Of a stretch of 32,000 bases of DNA, positions 1 to 8,364 are shown in pieces (the stretch's first letter is position 1; every line of letters starts with the position of its first letter). Source of the stretch: Candidatus Thorarchaeota archaeon (GTDB lineage Archaea; Asgardarchaeota; Heimdallarchaeia; Hodarchaeales; Hodarchaeaceae); the NCBI GenBank assembly GCA_048882505.1, contig JBHLRO010000021.1, positions 1 through 32,000 of the forward strand. The letters are read 5' to 3'. The notes below the pieces were generated by a model, which saw only the letters and a list, made by a program, of their open reading frames with translations, was not told the DNA's origin and did no database searches. Both the position numbers and the translations under genes were made by a program.

Positions 1-116
1 CACAAAACCTACAGTATTCCGTATCTGACTGGTTTGTAAATCTTCTCAAGAATCTTAACCGGTAACCTATCCACGAACCCTTTTGATAAAAAACCAAAAC
101 CATGTGGAAGATTAGT

Positions 117-136
117 TTATAACAGATCTGTTTTAA
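117..136. promoter_or_regulatory. Near-perfect 20-bp palindrome upstream of nep1, candidate operator
   Basis: TTATAACAGATCTGTTTTAA: perfect 12-bp core AACAGATCTGTT (121-132), with one mismatched pair in the flanks. Lies about 105 bp upstream of nep1. Function is inferred only. Confidence 0.25.
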
Positions 137-239
137 TCATCCCTTCATACCCCCGTTACGGGAAAGTGAATGGCTACTGGGAAATCTTTACTAACTTTGG
201 AGACAGATCAGGAATAACGCATGAGGCTTGGTTTAGAGA

Positions 240-941
240 TTGGTGACCTTAATACTATTTGAATCTGCCCTGGAGCTAATTCCCCCCCCTCTTAGGAATC
301 ACCCGTTCATCAGAAAAGAATGGAGACTAGCCGTCAAGAAAAAAGATCGAGGAATCCTTCTTGACAATACAATTCACCGTCCGATCATGAATTCCCTTGA
401 TGAGAGACAAAAACGTGGACGCCCAGATATCGTACATATTTTTCTTCTCTCTGTTTGTTATTCCCCGCTAGTGAAATCCGGTGAGGTTCAAGTTCTTGTT
501 CACACCAGAAATGATCTTTGTATATCAATATCTCCTGTGTGGCGAATTCCTGTCAACCAGAATCGGTTTTATGGGCTCCTTGCACAACTTCTCCTTCATG
601 GACGTGTCCCTCTATCTAGAGAGCCAATTTTATCTGTTCAATCCCGTTCAATTTCGCAGCTTTTGGATTCATTTGGAAGGACTCCTATTTTTTTATGTGA
701 AAACAACGTAAATCATCCTAAAATATCACAATTTATTGTCGATTTGAAGGAAATACAAAATCTGTCATCAGGGGTATTTTTAATTGGAGGCTTCCAACGA
801 GGTGAGCCCAATTTTTATTCCTCGATCTCTGATCGTACCTGGAGTAGAATCAAAGGATTGAAATTATACGATGATGCCAAACCGGCATGGACAATTGGTG
901 CGAAAATTATCCATTGGTTGGAAGGATCGAATTACCTGTGA
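240..941 (+). CDS. nep1: rRNA small subunit pseudouridine N1-methyltransferase Nep1/Emg1 (SPOUT fold)
   Basis: LILFESALELIP N-terminus, RGRPDIVH motif, RIPVNQNRFYGLLAQLL (RxPxNxxRFxGLxxQL) and IGGFQRG SAM-binding loop. Start is TTG240 or GTG243. Confidence 0.9.
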   Translation: MVTLILFESALELIPPPLRNHPFIRKEWRLAVKKKDRGILLDNTIHRPIMNSLDERQKRGRPDIVHIFLLSVCYSPLVKSGEVQVLVHTRNDLCISISPVWRIPVNQNRFYGLLAQLLLHGRVPLSREPILSVQSRSISQLLDSFGRTPIFLCENNVNHPKISQFIVDLKEIQNLSSGVFLIGGFQRGEPNFYSSISDRTWSRIKGLKLYDDAKPAWTIGAKIIHWLEGSNYL

Positions 942-1519
942 AACAAAACAAAATAAGTGTACTGGTCACATCACGGAACCCTGTTAAAGTTCATGCTACC
1001 TATGAGGCATTTAAGCAATTTTTCCCCGATTTTGTAGTCAACACCCCGGACTTCGGAAGTTCAGATACGGATAATAATTCAATAAAAATACAGCCTATCG
1101 GGGAAAAAGAAACGTACGTTAATTCTAGGAAGCGTATACGAGACTCTCAGGTTAAAACACCCGATTACGACTATTTTGTGGGAGTCGAAGGAGGAATAGC
1201 AGAGACTTCAAATGGACAAGCACGGATTATTATCTATACGTCAGTGGGTTCCGCGACGCACATCGAAACGATTCGTGGTTGTGAGATTCCACTCCCTCGA
1301 GCATGGTACGATGAGTTGATTTCTGGCGCCGCCAAGGAATTAGGCGATGTTGTGACCAAAGCTAGCGGGATTCCAAATATCAAACAAAAACAAGGAGCTA
1401 TTGGATTTCTCACTGGATCTGCTCTTACGCGTGCGGCAGTGATAGAACAATCCATCATCTGCGCACTTATTCCATTTTTAAACCCTGATTATTTTTCCTC
1501 ACCTCACAGAACACCCTAA
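938..1519 (+). CDS. yjjX: Non-canonical purine NTP phosphatase (inosine/xanthosine triphosphatase, YjjX/DUF84 family)
   Basis: TSRNPVK, VGVEGG and KQKQGAIGFLT...TR motifs. Likely start GTG938 forms a GTGA overlap with the nep1 stop; the ORF-track start at 887 is probably too long. Confidence 0.85.
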   Translation: MKQNKISVLVTSRNPVKVHATYEAFKQFFPDFVVNTPDFGSSDTDNNSIKIQPIGEKETYVNSRKRIRDSQVKTPDYDYFVGVEGGIAETSNGQARIIIYTSVGSATHIETIRGCEIPLPRAWYDELISGAAKELGDVVTKASGIPNIKQKQGAIGFLTGSALTRAAVIEQSIICALIPFLNPDYFSSPHRTP

Positions 1520-1636
1520 TTCGTGATTTCCAAAGATTCCGACAAGGTTACTCTAGAACATACCTAAATTAGATTGAGTACGCAAAAAGATAGAAAACCG
1601 AATTCCCGAATTTCTCAATCAGGACTGCAGAGAACA

Positions 1637-2164
1637 ATGAGGCCAATCAACTCCGATATTACGCCAATACTAATACCGAAACAGATTCAACAGGTCAAAC
1701 ATTGGCTCGAACTTTTGAATTTAGAACATATCCTTATGGTTGAGCCAAAAGAGAAGACATATTCATTTCTGCTCCCCATTAAGGACAGTCCTGACATTCA
1801 TATAAGTCTAGACAAGGAGTTCACACATATTTCCTTCTTTTCCAATGGTTTAACGTTACTTTCAGTAGAAAATGGTGATAGAGTCCTTGGGTTCCTCCGT
1901 GATATTTTGGAATTGCAGAGTAGCTATTTCACGAGTCGTGTGATAACTACTGGTAAAAAGAAGGAGATTCGTGTTTTTCTTGGCTTTCGTTTTCTTGAAA
2001 TGTCCATGTATCGTTTTTCTCGAAAGATTCGAGAACTTACTCAATTCGTTAAAGAGATCGCTGATCTTATTGAAAAACATGAATTGAATGAATACTGGCG
2101 AGACATAGAACAGGAGCCCAAATACCCCAATATCGATCTTCGAGAACGGGTTCGTTTTCTATGA
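1637..2164 (+). CDS. Hypothetical protein, possibly YbjN/T3SS-chaperone-like fold
   Basis: Long ORF continuing the operon. Helix-strands-helix-strands-helix pattern (FLRDILELQSSYFTSRV...IRVFLG...FSRKIRELTQFVKEI) resembles YbjN/DUF2299-type proteins. Start ATG1637, or TTG1574. Confidence 0.5.
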   Translation: MRPINSDITPILIPKQIQQVKHWLELLNLEHILMVEPKEKTYSFLLPIKDSPDIHISLDKEFTHISFFSNGLTLLSVENGDRVLGFLRDILELQSSYFTSRVITTGKKKEIRVFLGFRFLEMSMYRFSRKIRELTQFVKEIADLIEKHELNEYWRDIEQEPKYPNIDLRERVRFL

Positions 2165-2166
2165 CA

Positions 2167-2667
2167 TTAGAAAGGTTTGTTCCGCCAACTCAGTCCAGTT
2201 TCGATCCAACAAATCAAAGTAGAAACAAACCCAAAAAGTAAGGCAAAAACCTCTCCCGTTGAAATTGGAAAGGTCAGGAAGAGTAATATGTATCCCCCAA
2301 GTAGCACAGAAACAAAAACTGCATAAAAAAGGAAACGAGGAAGGGCGAAATTTCCCACCAATATGAATTGATTTAAAGTAGCAATATCGACCTTCTTAGA
2401 TATCTCATAATTACCGAAACGATTTTTACGGACAACCCCCAAAGTCTCGAGTTTGTCTAGATGGTACGCGCTAACGCTTGGAGATGAGAGGTTTAGTGCA
2501 CGTTGGATTTCTCTAACGCCTGCTGCGGCCTTTTTTCTGAGAAGAAAAAAATAAACGTCCAAAGTTGTTCCTTTGATCACTGTCTCGTAGTTAATTTCGT
2601 CCTGATTTGCCTTCTCCGAAAATCCCGTAACCTTCCTGACCAAGCTTCTTGCATTTGTAAGTATCAT
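2167..2667 (-). CDS. Membrane-anchored winged helix-turn-helix regulator
   Basis: TTLDVYFFLL...GVREIQRALNLSSPSVSAYHLDKLETLGVV...FGNY wHTH, followed by two hydrophobic segments (FLFYAVFVSVLLGGYILLFL; VFALLFGFVSTLICWI). Confidence 0.8.
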   Translation of the reverse strand: MILTNARSLVRKVTGFSEKANQDEINYETVIKGTTLDVYFFLLRKKAAAGVREIQRALNLSSPSVSAYHLDKLETLGVVRKNRFGNYEISKKVDIATLNQFILVGNFALPRFLFYAVFVSVLLGGYILLFLTFPISTGEVFALLFGFVSTLICWIETGLSWRNKPF

Positions 2668-2683
2668 CGGTGGACCTCAATCT

Positions 2684-2704
2684 AAATAAAAAGCATTTTT
2701 ATTT
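2684..2704. promoter_or_regulatory. Perfect 9-3-9 inverted repeat in the divergent promoter between two wHTH genes
   Basis: AAATAAAAA-GCA-TTTTTATTT, 17-37 bp upstream of the minus-strand start at 2667, where its TATA box would be. AT-rich, so chance is not excluded. Confidence 0.4.
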
Positions 2705-2813
2705 TCATTATGTACCTAGAGCAAAGAATCTGTTCAATATGATAATTGTGTAGTTTACAACACCATAAAGGGTGATCAAATACCAAATAACTGGTTTAAA
2801 GAGAAGAATAGAT

Positions 2814-3293
2814 ATGGTAAACCAACACAATGAGGAACATGATACTCCTGAAACTCTAAAGGATATCCTGTCCTCTCTCAAGACTAGCGCAGAGGTGCGG
2901 CCAGAGCTCAAACAATTCACCAGTTCGCTCCACCAGCGCCTCTTCAACTTAACTCAGGACTATTATGCGGGACTCATATTCCTATTCACCAATCCACTTA
3001 CCTTTCATCAACGATTGATTCTGATGCAGCTAATCGCCATCCACCCTGTCGGAAGCTCTGGAATAGAACTGGCAAGATCCCTCGGAATATCGGTGCAATC
3101 TAAATCTATTTACAGAGATTTGTCGACCTTGGAACGGCTTCGGTTGGTCAGAATGAAAGAAATTCATTCGAGGCTTAAGTTAGCATATGCAAACACCGAA
3201 AATAGACTGGTCCATAGATTGGTGGAACTAGTACAACTCCACGGCGCTGAGCTAACGGAATTGCTTAAGAAAAGCGATAGGAGTCATGATTAG
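2814..3293 (+). CDS. Winged-HTH domain protein (putative transcription regulator)
   Basis: C-terminal half QRLILMQL...SGIELARSLGISVQSKSIYRDLSTLERLRLV is a wHTH signature; the N-terminal half is helical. Start ATG2814, or GTG2772. Confidence 0.7.
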   Translation: MVNQHNEEHDTPETLKDILSSLKTSAEVRPELKQFTSSLHQRLFNLTQDYYAGLIFLFTNPLTFHQRLILMQLIAIHPVGSSGIELARSLGISVQSKSIYRDLSTLERLRLVRMKEIHSRLKLAYANTENRLVHRLVELVQLHGAELTELLKKSDRSHD

Positions 3294-3928
3294 TGTTAAT
3301 TCTTCCTCAAAAAATCACCAGGAAATTCAGATTCAAATTCCTGGGTTTATTCATAATTGGGTTATTTGTCGTTGGTATAGGTATGTTAGATATCGCTATT
3401 CTAACAACAGCCGAAAATGATAGAGTAGATCAATTAGAAAGGTTTTCAGAAGATGTATTTGGGGATGCTGCTCCGTTGGTTACGGGCGGTATCTTGTCGA
3501 TAAAGTTTATTCAGCCATTAATTCTCAGTTTTGGAGTTCTTATCTTGTTTATATGCTATTTCTCGTGGATGCCCAATCTTATGCCCAAATCCTTTAGTAA
3601 CATCCAAGGAAAGATGGTTTGGAAACTGGGAAGATTTAGAGTTCCTAAACGCTACCTAGTCTTTAAACTGGGCTCAGAAACGATCCAAATTAGTCGAAAG
3701 ATCACAAATTTCAATGGTATTGTGCTACGGGAGCTTCTCTTTGAAGTACACCTAGAAAAGAATCATTCTCGTTGGAAAGAATATGCAGATTTTGCGGTCT
3801 TTGGACAGATTGAGGAAAGATCGGATAAGATTGTACTTCAAAAGTCGATTAAGCCGCAACATATACCTGTTCAGCTCATCCTAGCACAAGCACTTTTGTC
3901 GGTGCCAAAGAATAACCATCAAACCTAA
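3293..3928 (+). CDS. Hypothetical membrane protein (two N-terminal TM helices, soluble C-terminal domain)
   Basis: Hydrophobic LGLFIIGLFVVGIGMLDIAIL and PLILSFGVLILFICYFSW. GTG start overlaps the upstream TAG by 1 nt. Confidence 0.7.
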   Translation: MLILPQKITRKFRFKFLGLFIIGLFVVGIGMLDIAILTTAENDRVDQLERFSEDVFGDAAPLVTGGILSIKFIQPLILSFGVLILFICYFSWMPNLMPKSFSNIQGKMVWKLGRFRVPKRYLVFKLGSETIQISRKITNFNGIVLRELLFEVHLEKNHSRWKEYADFAVFGQIEERSDKIVLQKSIKPQHIPVQLILAQALLSVPKNNHQT

Positions 3929-4022
3929 TCAGTTTGAAAGGTAACATCTAGGAATCGGCAGCAGGTTTTAAGCATTTCTAAAATTTCGCGTCGATTAGCC
4001 GACTAGAGAAGAAGGTACACTT

Positions 4023-4673
4023 TTGACTCATTTAGTGGCATATCAGGTTCAAGATGACGGTAACTGGGATCCTGTTGCTTTCAAAAAGGAAAAAATGAAA
4101 GCAAAAGAGGTCTTTATTCTGGTTAACGAACTAAAGAAAGAGATATGGATATGGGTGGGTGAAGAGGCTGATGTAAAGACCAAGTTTATTTCTAGTACAG
4201 CAGCACAAGAAATCAGGCGTCTTTATGGTCTTACATTTAGAATTCACGCCGCTGATCAAGGTAGAGAACCAATCGAGTTTCAAGAGGCAATTATCGACAC
4301 GGTTCCAAACAAAGGAATTGGGCCCCTAGATAAAAAGGCCATAACCAAGAAAAAACCGTCAAAAAAAGCCCCCTCTGTTAAAGAAGACACGAACCCAGGT
4401 CAAAAAAAACCAACAAGGAAAAAAAAGACATCAAAACCTCAAAAGCCGCGGTTCTTGCTTACAGAAGTCCCCAAATCCCCTTCGAACATGATTAAAGGGG
4501 CCAACAATGGACAGCCCTCGTTAATTGCAACTCCTGCCTGTCCTGTTTGTACCAAAGGTCACCTGTTGCCCTATTCTACAATTGTCAATGTTACGGCACG
4601 AAAAAAGGACATCTTACCTATCGGAAAATGGGTTTGCTCAAATTGCAAACATACTATCGAATTGGAAGATTGA
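4023..4673 (+). CDS. Single gelsolin-domain protein with Lys/Pro-rich linker and C-terminal Zn ribbon
   Basis: EVFILVNE...EIWIWVGEEADVKTKFISSTAAQEIR...DQGREPIEF matches the gelsolin repeat (YILD...IWxG...helix...xEGxEPxxF). C-terminus CPVC-x28-CSNC. Confidence 0.8.
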   Translation: MTHLVAYQVQDDGNWDPVAFKKEKMKAKEVFILVNELKKEIWIWVGEEADVKTKFISSTAAQEIRRLYGLTFRIHAADQGREPIEFQEAIIDTVPNKGIGPLDKKAITKKKPSKKAPSVKEDTNPGQKKPTRKKKTSKPQKPRFLLTEVPKSPSNMIKGANNGQPSLIATPACPVCTKGHLLPYSTIVNVTARKKDILPIGKWVCSNCKHTIELED

Positions 4674-4689
4674 AATTATCTATTTACAA

Positions 4690-5379
4690 TCATTCAGTCT
4701 TTGAAGCAGTGGACTTCAAGAGTTCATCCAATTGCTTCCTTTTATCTTCTGGCATTTCGTCCATGACTTTCCTTTGCTGTTCCAGAATGCTTTGCATGAA
4801 AAGACTGTAGAGCACTGAGACCATCATTTGAGAATCGATCCTTGCATCAAAATCGGCTTTGGCTGCATTCCGATCTTCGATCAGCCGCTCTCTGGTCATT
4901 GTGCCATTCCCAAGACCTGGTACAGATTTATCTTTTATATAGTAGTTCTTTCCGTTGTAACCCAATGGAAAAGCCTTACATTCTAGAGGCAACGAGTGAA
5001 ATATGTTACAGAGTTTGTTTGTTGCGTCGTACATAGGGCAATGGTTATCCTCTGTTCCTTTCAAAATAAGAGAAACAAATTCCTGAGGTTGTTGTTGGTC
5101 TTCTCCTACTGAAGCTTTGAAACTCTGGATACGTAGATGGGGCAACACGGCGTTTAGGGTCCCTGTTTTAGCCCAGAGCTGGACATCTGTAAGAGTGATT
5201 GGCAAGAAAGGTCTGTTTTCACAACATTGGCCACATTTGGTACAATTAAACACATATTTCTTTTTCTGAGGTGACTCTTTTTCGGAACCAGAGGTCGATT
5301 CCGGTTCTGGAGTTTCTTGGTCTCCTTTTTCCCCAGAAATTTCCTTCTTCTGTTCTGATTCTTCCTCATTTTCTGACAT
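4690..5379 (-). CDS. YkgJ-family (UPF0153) cysteine-cluster protein, putative Fe-S/Zn binding
   Basis: FNCTKCGQCC ... CPMYD...LCNIF...PLECKAFP pattern. Acidic low-complexity N-terminus of about 40 aa. Confidence 0.85.
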   Translation of the reverse strand: MSENEEESEQKKEISGEKGDQETPEPESTSGSEKESPQKKKYVFNCTKCGQCCENRPFLPITLTDVQLWAKTGTLNAVLPHLRIQSFKASVGEDQQQPQEFVSLILKGTEDNHCPMYDATNKLCNIFHSLPLECKAFPLGYNGKNYYIKDKSVPGLGNGTMTRERLIEDRNAAKADFDARIDSQMMVSVLYSLFMQSILEQQRKVMDEMPEDKRKQLDELLKSTASKTE

Positions 5380-5404
5380 TTAGATCGACCTCAAGGGGAA
5401 ACAC

Positions 5405-6214
5405 TCAATTTGAAAGATTTTTCGTATTTGTTCTTGATTTCTCAGCTTGTTTGGCGATCAAGGCCGCGGTAGCACCCGCGTTTATCCCGTTGTCGATATT
5501 GACCACTACTAAACCAGGAGAGCATGTCTGGAGCATTGTCATTAATGCCCCGACCCCTTTCCCACCGTATCCATATCCAGTAGAACAAGGAACACCTATG
5601 ACCGGTATATCCACCAAACTTGAAACAACAGCTGGTAGGGCGCCTTCCATTCCAGCTATAACAACAATTGCTTTCACTTCTTCTTCGACAAGCTTTCTTA
5701 ACGGTTCAAATAAACGGTGAACTCCTGCAATTCCAACATCATGGAATTGAACCGCTTTTACGCCCATTAGTTGAGCTATTGCTCTGGCCTCCTCAGCGAT
5801 AGGTAGATCGGAAGTACCCGCTGTTAGAATGCCAATTTTGGATTTAGAAAACTTAAATTCAAAATTCCTGGTTGTGAGGAGAACTGAATACGGTTCAAAG
5901 GAAGGAGCGGCTTGAATATCGAATTGATGGCCGAATTCTTTCCTTAGCATAATTAAATGATCATTAAACACACGAGATAACAAGAGGGACCGGTTATTCT
6001 GTAAATGAGATTTGACAATGCGTTTCAAGATTTCAATAGGTTTACTTTCGGCAAAAATAACCTCAGGTATCCCTTTTCTGATGTGACGACCTTCATCCAA
6101 AGTTACCCCTGCTTCAATGTAATTCAGAGAAAACAGTCGAAGATTCTTAATAGCGTCTTCAAGGGATATCTTACCGCTCTTAAACTGTTTTAATATTGTT
6201 TCGATGTCATTCAT
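5405..6214 (-). CDS. larB: Nickel-pincer cofactor biosynthesis carboxylase/hydrolase LarB
   Basis: RKGIPEVIFAESK, AGTSDLPIAEEA, DVGIAGVHRL, AGMEGALPAVV, PCSTGYG, MLQTCSPGLVVVNIDNG motifs. Confidence 0.95.
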   Translation of the reverse strand: MNDIETILKQFKSGKISLEDAIKNLRLFSLNYIEAGVTLDEGRHIRKGIPEVIFAESKPIEILKRIVKSHLQNNRSLLLSRVFNDHLIMLRKEFGHQFDIQAAPSFEPYSVLLTTRNFEFKFSKSKIGILTAGTSDLPIAEEARAIAQLMGVKAVQFHDVGIAGVHRLFEPLRKLVEEEVKAIVVIAGMEGALPAVVSSLVDIPVIGVPCSTGYGYGGKGVGALMTMLQTCSPGLVVVNIDNGINAGATAALIAKQAEKSRTNTKNLSN

Positions 6215-7475
6215 TAGCTTTCCCTTCTTTAAAAGTTGGATTCTTTTCTTTGAGTCTAGAAAGTTCTCTTATAACACGTTTTCGCGCATCTTGGAGTGAT
6301 ATTTCTGCATTTCTCGCAATTCGACTTAGATCTTCGAATTCTACCTTGTATGATATTTTCTCGTCACCTAAGTAACCGATTTTAACTCGAACTGTTTCAT
6401 TTTTTTCAAAGATTTTGATCTGGTGAGTTTCCTGCCTACGAGACACAATATGACGGAAGCCTGGCAAATATCTTACTCCAAGCGTTCCAAGTTCACTGGA
6501 AAGAACCTTAGTAACCTGCATTATCTTTGAGGGGTCAACAATAACCCTAACAAGATATCCAGGTCGATTCTTTTTTGTTATTGTAGGGAGTATGCTCAGA
6601 TCGAGAACCAGGGAGTTTTTCAAAAGGATTTCAAAGAGATATCCCAAGGTTTCCCCGTCCACATCGTCCACATTGGTTTCCAATACTGCTATTTCCTCCC
6701 CCTGAAGTAAATCCTGCCTGACCGCGGTTATGATCTGAAGGTAAAGAACAACGTCACTGTCATAGCGACGAGTTCCAAAACTTCTACCAATCTTTTTGAT
6801 GACCACGTGGGGAAAGAGGGTTTGTGACACCGGCTGGATGGAAGCTAGAAGAGCAGCCCCTGTTGGTGTGAGTAATTCACTTTCTATTGGACCTCCCTGG
6901 ACATACAGACTCCCTTTTCGAATAATCTCCGCGGTAGCGGGAGCAGGTACGGATACTTTACCGTGAGCTAATTCCACGGTTCCACCTCCTACTGAAATCG
7001 GAAGTACGATTATCTCTTCTTGATTATAACCCAAATTATCCCAGAGATAAAAAAAGCCAATAATATCAAAGATTGTATCTGTGGAAGCCAATTCATGAAG
7101 ACGGGGGCTATCTGAATCTGCATTTATTCCATGCACCGCTATTTCCGCGTCTACGAGCATTTCAAATGCTGATTTAGCAAGCATTAGAGCATGGCTTGAT
7201 AAGGAGAGATCCTTACCAAGCTGGTCCATGTGTAGACGAATCTCGGATACTGAAAATACCTTAGAACACTTCGTGTTTAATTGTGTTCCGGTTATACCTC
7301 CATTATTTATCTTTTGAAGGATTATTTCAAATTGGGGATCAATTCTGCGGACATTCGACTGTAATAACTGACAAAAATTGGATCTCAGCGTATCAGAGTG
7401 CATGTCAAGTAATGCGGCAATAAGCATATCGCCCGAGGCACCTGACAATCTTGGATCAATGATAAGAGGAGACAT
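6207..7475 (-). CDS. larC: Nickel-pincer cofactor Ni-insertase LarC (single fused ORF)
   Basis: GASGDMLIAALLD, EIAVHG...LHE...DTIFDI, AHGKVSVPAPAT, ELLTPTGAALL, ETNVDDVDGE, KKNRPG, ELGTLGVR, KVEFEDL motifs. 8-nt overlap with larB. Confidence 0.92.
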   Translation of the reverse strand: MSPLIIDPRLSGASGDMLIAALLDMHSDTLRSNFCQLLQSNVRRIDPQFEIILQKINNGGITGTQLNTKCSKVFSVSEIRLHMDQLGKDLSLSSHALMLAKSAFEMLVDAEIAVHGINADSDSPRLHELASTDTIFDIIGFFYLWDNLGYNQEEIIVLPISVGGGTVELAHGKVSVPAPATAEIIRKGSLYVQGGPIESELLTPTGAALLASIQPVSQTLFPHVVIKKIGRSFGTRRYDSDVVLYLQIITAVRQDLLQGEEIAVLETNVDDVDGETLGYLFEILLKNSLVLDLSILPTITKKNRPGYLVRVIVDPSKIMQVTKVLSSELGTLGVRYLPGFRHIVSRRQETHQIKIFEKNETVRVKIGYLGDEKISYKVEFEDLSRIARNAEISLQDARKRVIRELSRLKEKNPTFKEGKANE

Positions 7476-7626
7476 TTGCCTGTATAAACCAAATTGGCAA
7501 CTTCTTTATCTATTTTGATCCATTGATTCTTAAATCAAGGTAATTAAAAAAATCGAGTGTACATCTCTAGGAGAGACAATTATAAACCTTTGAACCCTGA
7601 AAACTTATGTTTTTGGTGTAATTAAC

Positions 7627-8364
7627 GTGATAGGAGTTAATATCACATCGAAAAACGGCCTAATGCTTTTTTCCCATTTCTTCGTGCCTGGATTTTCTGA
7701 TGTGGATGAAGATCTCCGAGCAGGACTAATGACCGCGGTTTTGAATGCAGTAAAAGAGACCCAAGATGGATCCGAGCTACGAAGCATAGACCAGGGCCGA
7801 TATTTTGTTCACATAATCGAAGGGGAGTATACATATGGTTTGTATTTTGGCTTTGAGAACGATTTAAAAGAACATGAATTTGCAGAGGCTACTTTGTCCA
7901 AATTCGAGACTAGTTTCCGTAAACAGTTGATAGATGGCCTCTCTTTTAGTTCGGAGATGTTTGATGACTTTCATGATTATTTAAAAGAAAAATATTCCGA
8001 AATAATTTCCATAGACGCAGTAGGACTTTCTAAGATCATCAAGCTTATGGAAGATGCGATTTACTCCGACTATATCATTCTGGCAAAACCGTGGTATCAC
8101 CAAGTTTTCACTGCGATTACAATCCCAGAGATAAATCCCATAGCCAACTCGCTAGGATTAATGTGTAAAAATCTGCTCGAAAGTGGGCTGAAAATTGGTC
8201 TGGAGATTTCACGAATTCGATTTAGGATACGTTCAGCATATTATGTATTTGTCGATACATTGAAGGATAGGTTTTTTCTCATTCTAATTGTCCCAGAAAA
8301 GGAATTTGAAAGAGGAGAGCGGGAGCTCGCGAGGATCAAAAATCGGATCGAAAGAGTAATATGA
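7627..8364 (+). CDS. Tandem longin + roadblock/longin-like domain protein (eukaryotic signature protein-like)
   Basis: N-domain IGVNITSKNGLMLFS...DEDLRAGLMTAVLNAVKE...LRSIDQGRYFVHI...YGLYF...LSKFETSF follows the longin beta-beta-alpha-beta-beta-beta-alpha pattern. The second ~110-aa domain has a similar alpha/beta-sandwich pattern. Confidence 0.7.
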   Translation: MIGVNITSKNGLMLFSHFFVPGFSDVDEDLRAGLMTAVLNAVKETQDGSELRSIDQGRYFVHIIEGEYTYGLYFGFENDLKEHEFAEATLSKFETSFRKQLIDGLSFSSEMFDDFHDYLKEKYSEIISIDAVGLSKIIKLMEDAIYSDYIILAKPWYHQVFTAITIPEINPIANSLGLMCKNLLESGLKIGLEISRIRFRIRSAYYVFVDTLKDRFFLILIVPEKEFERGERELARIKNRIERVI

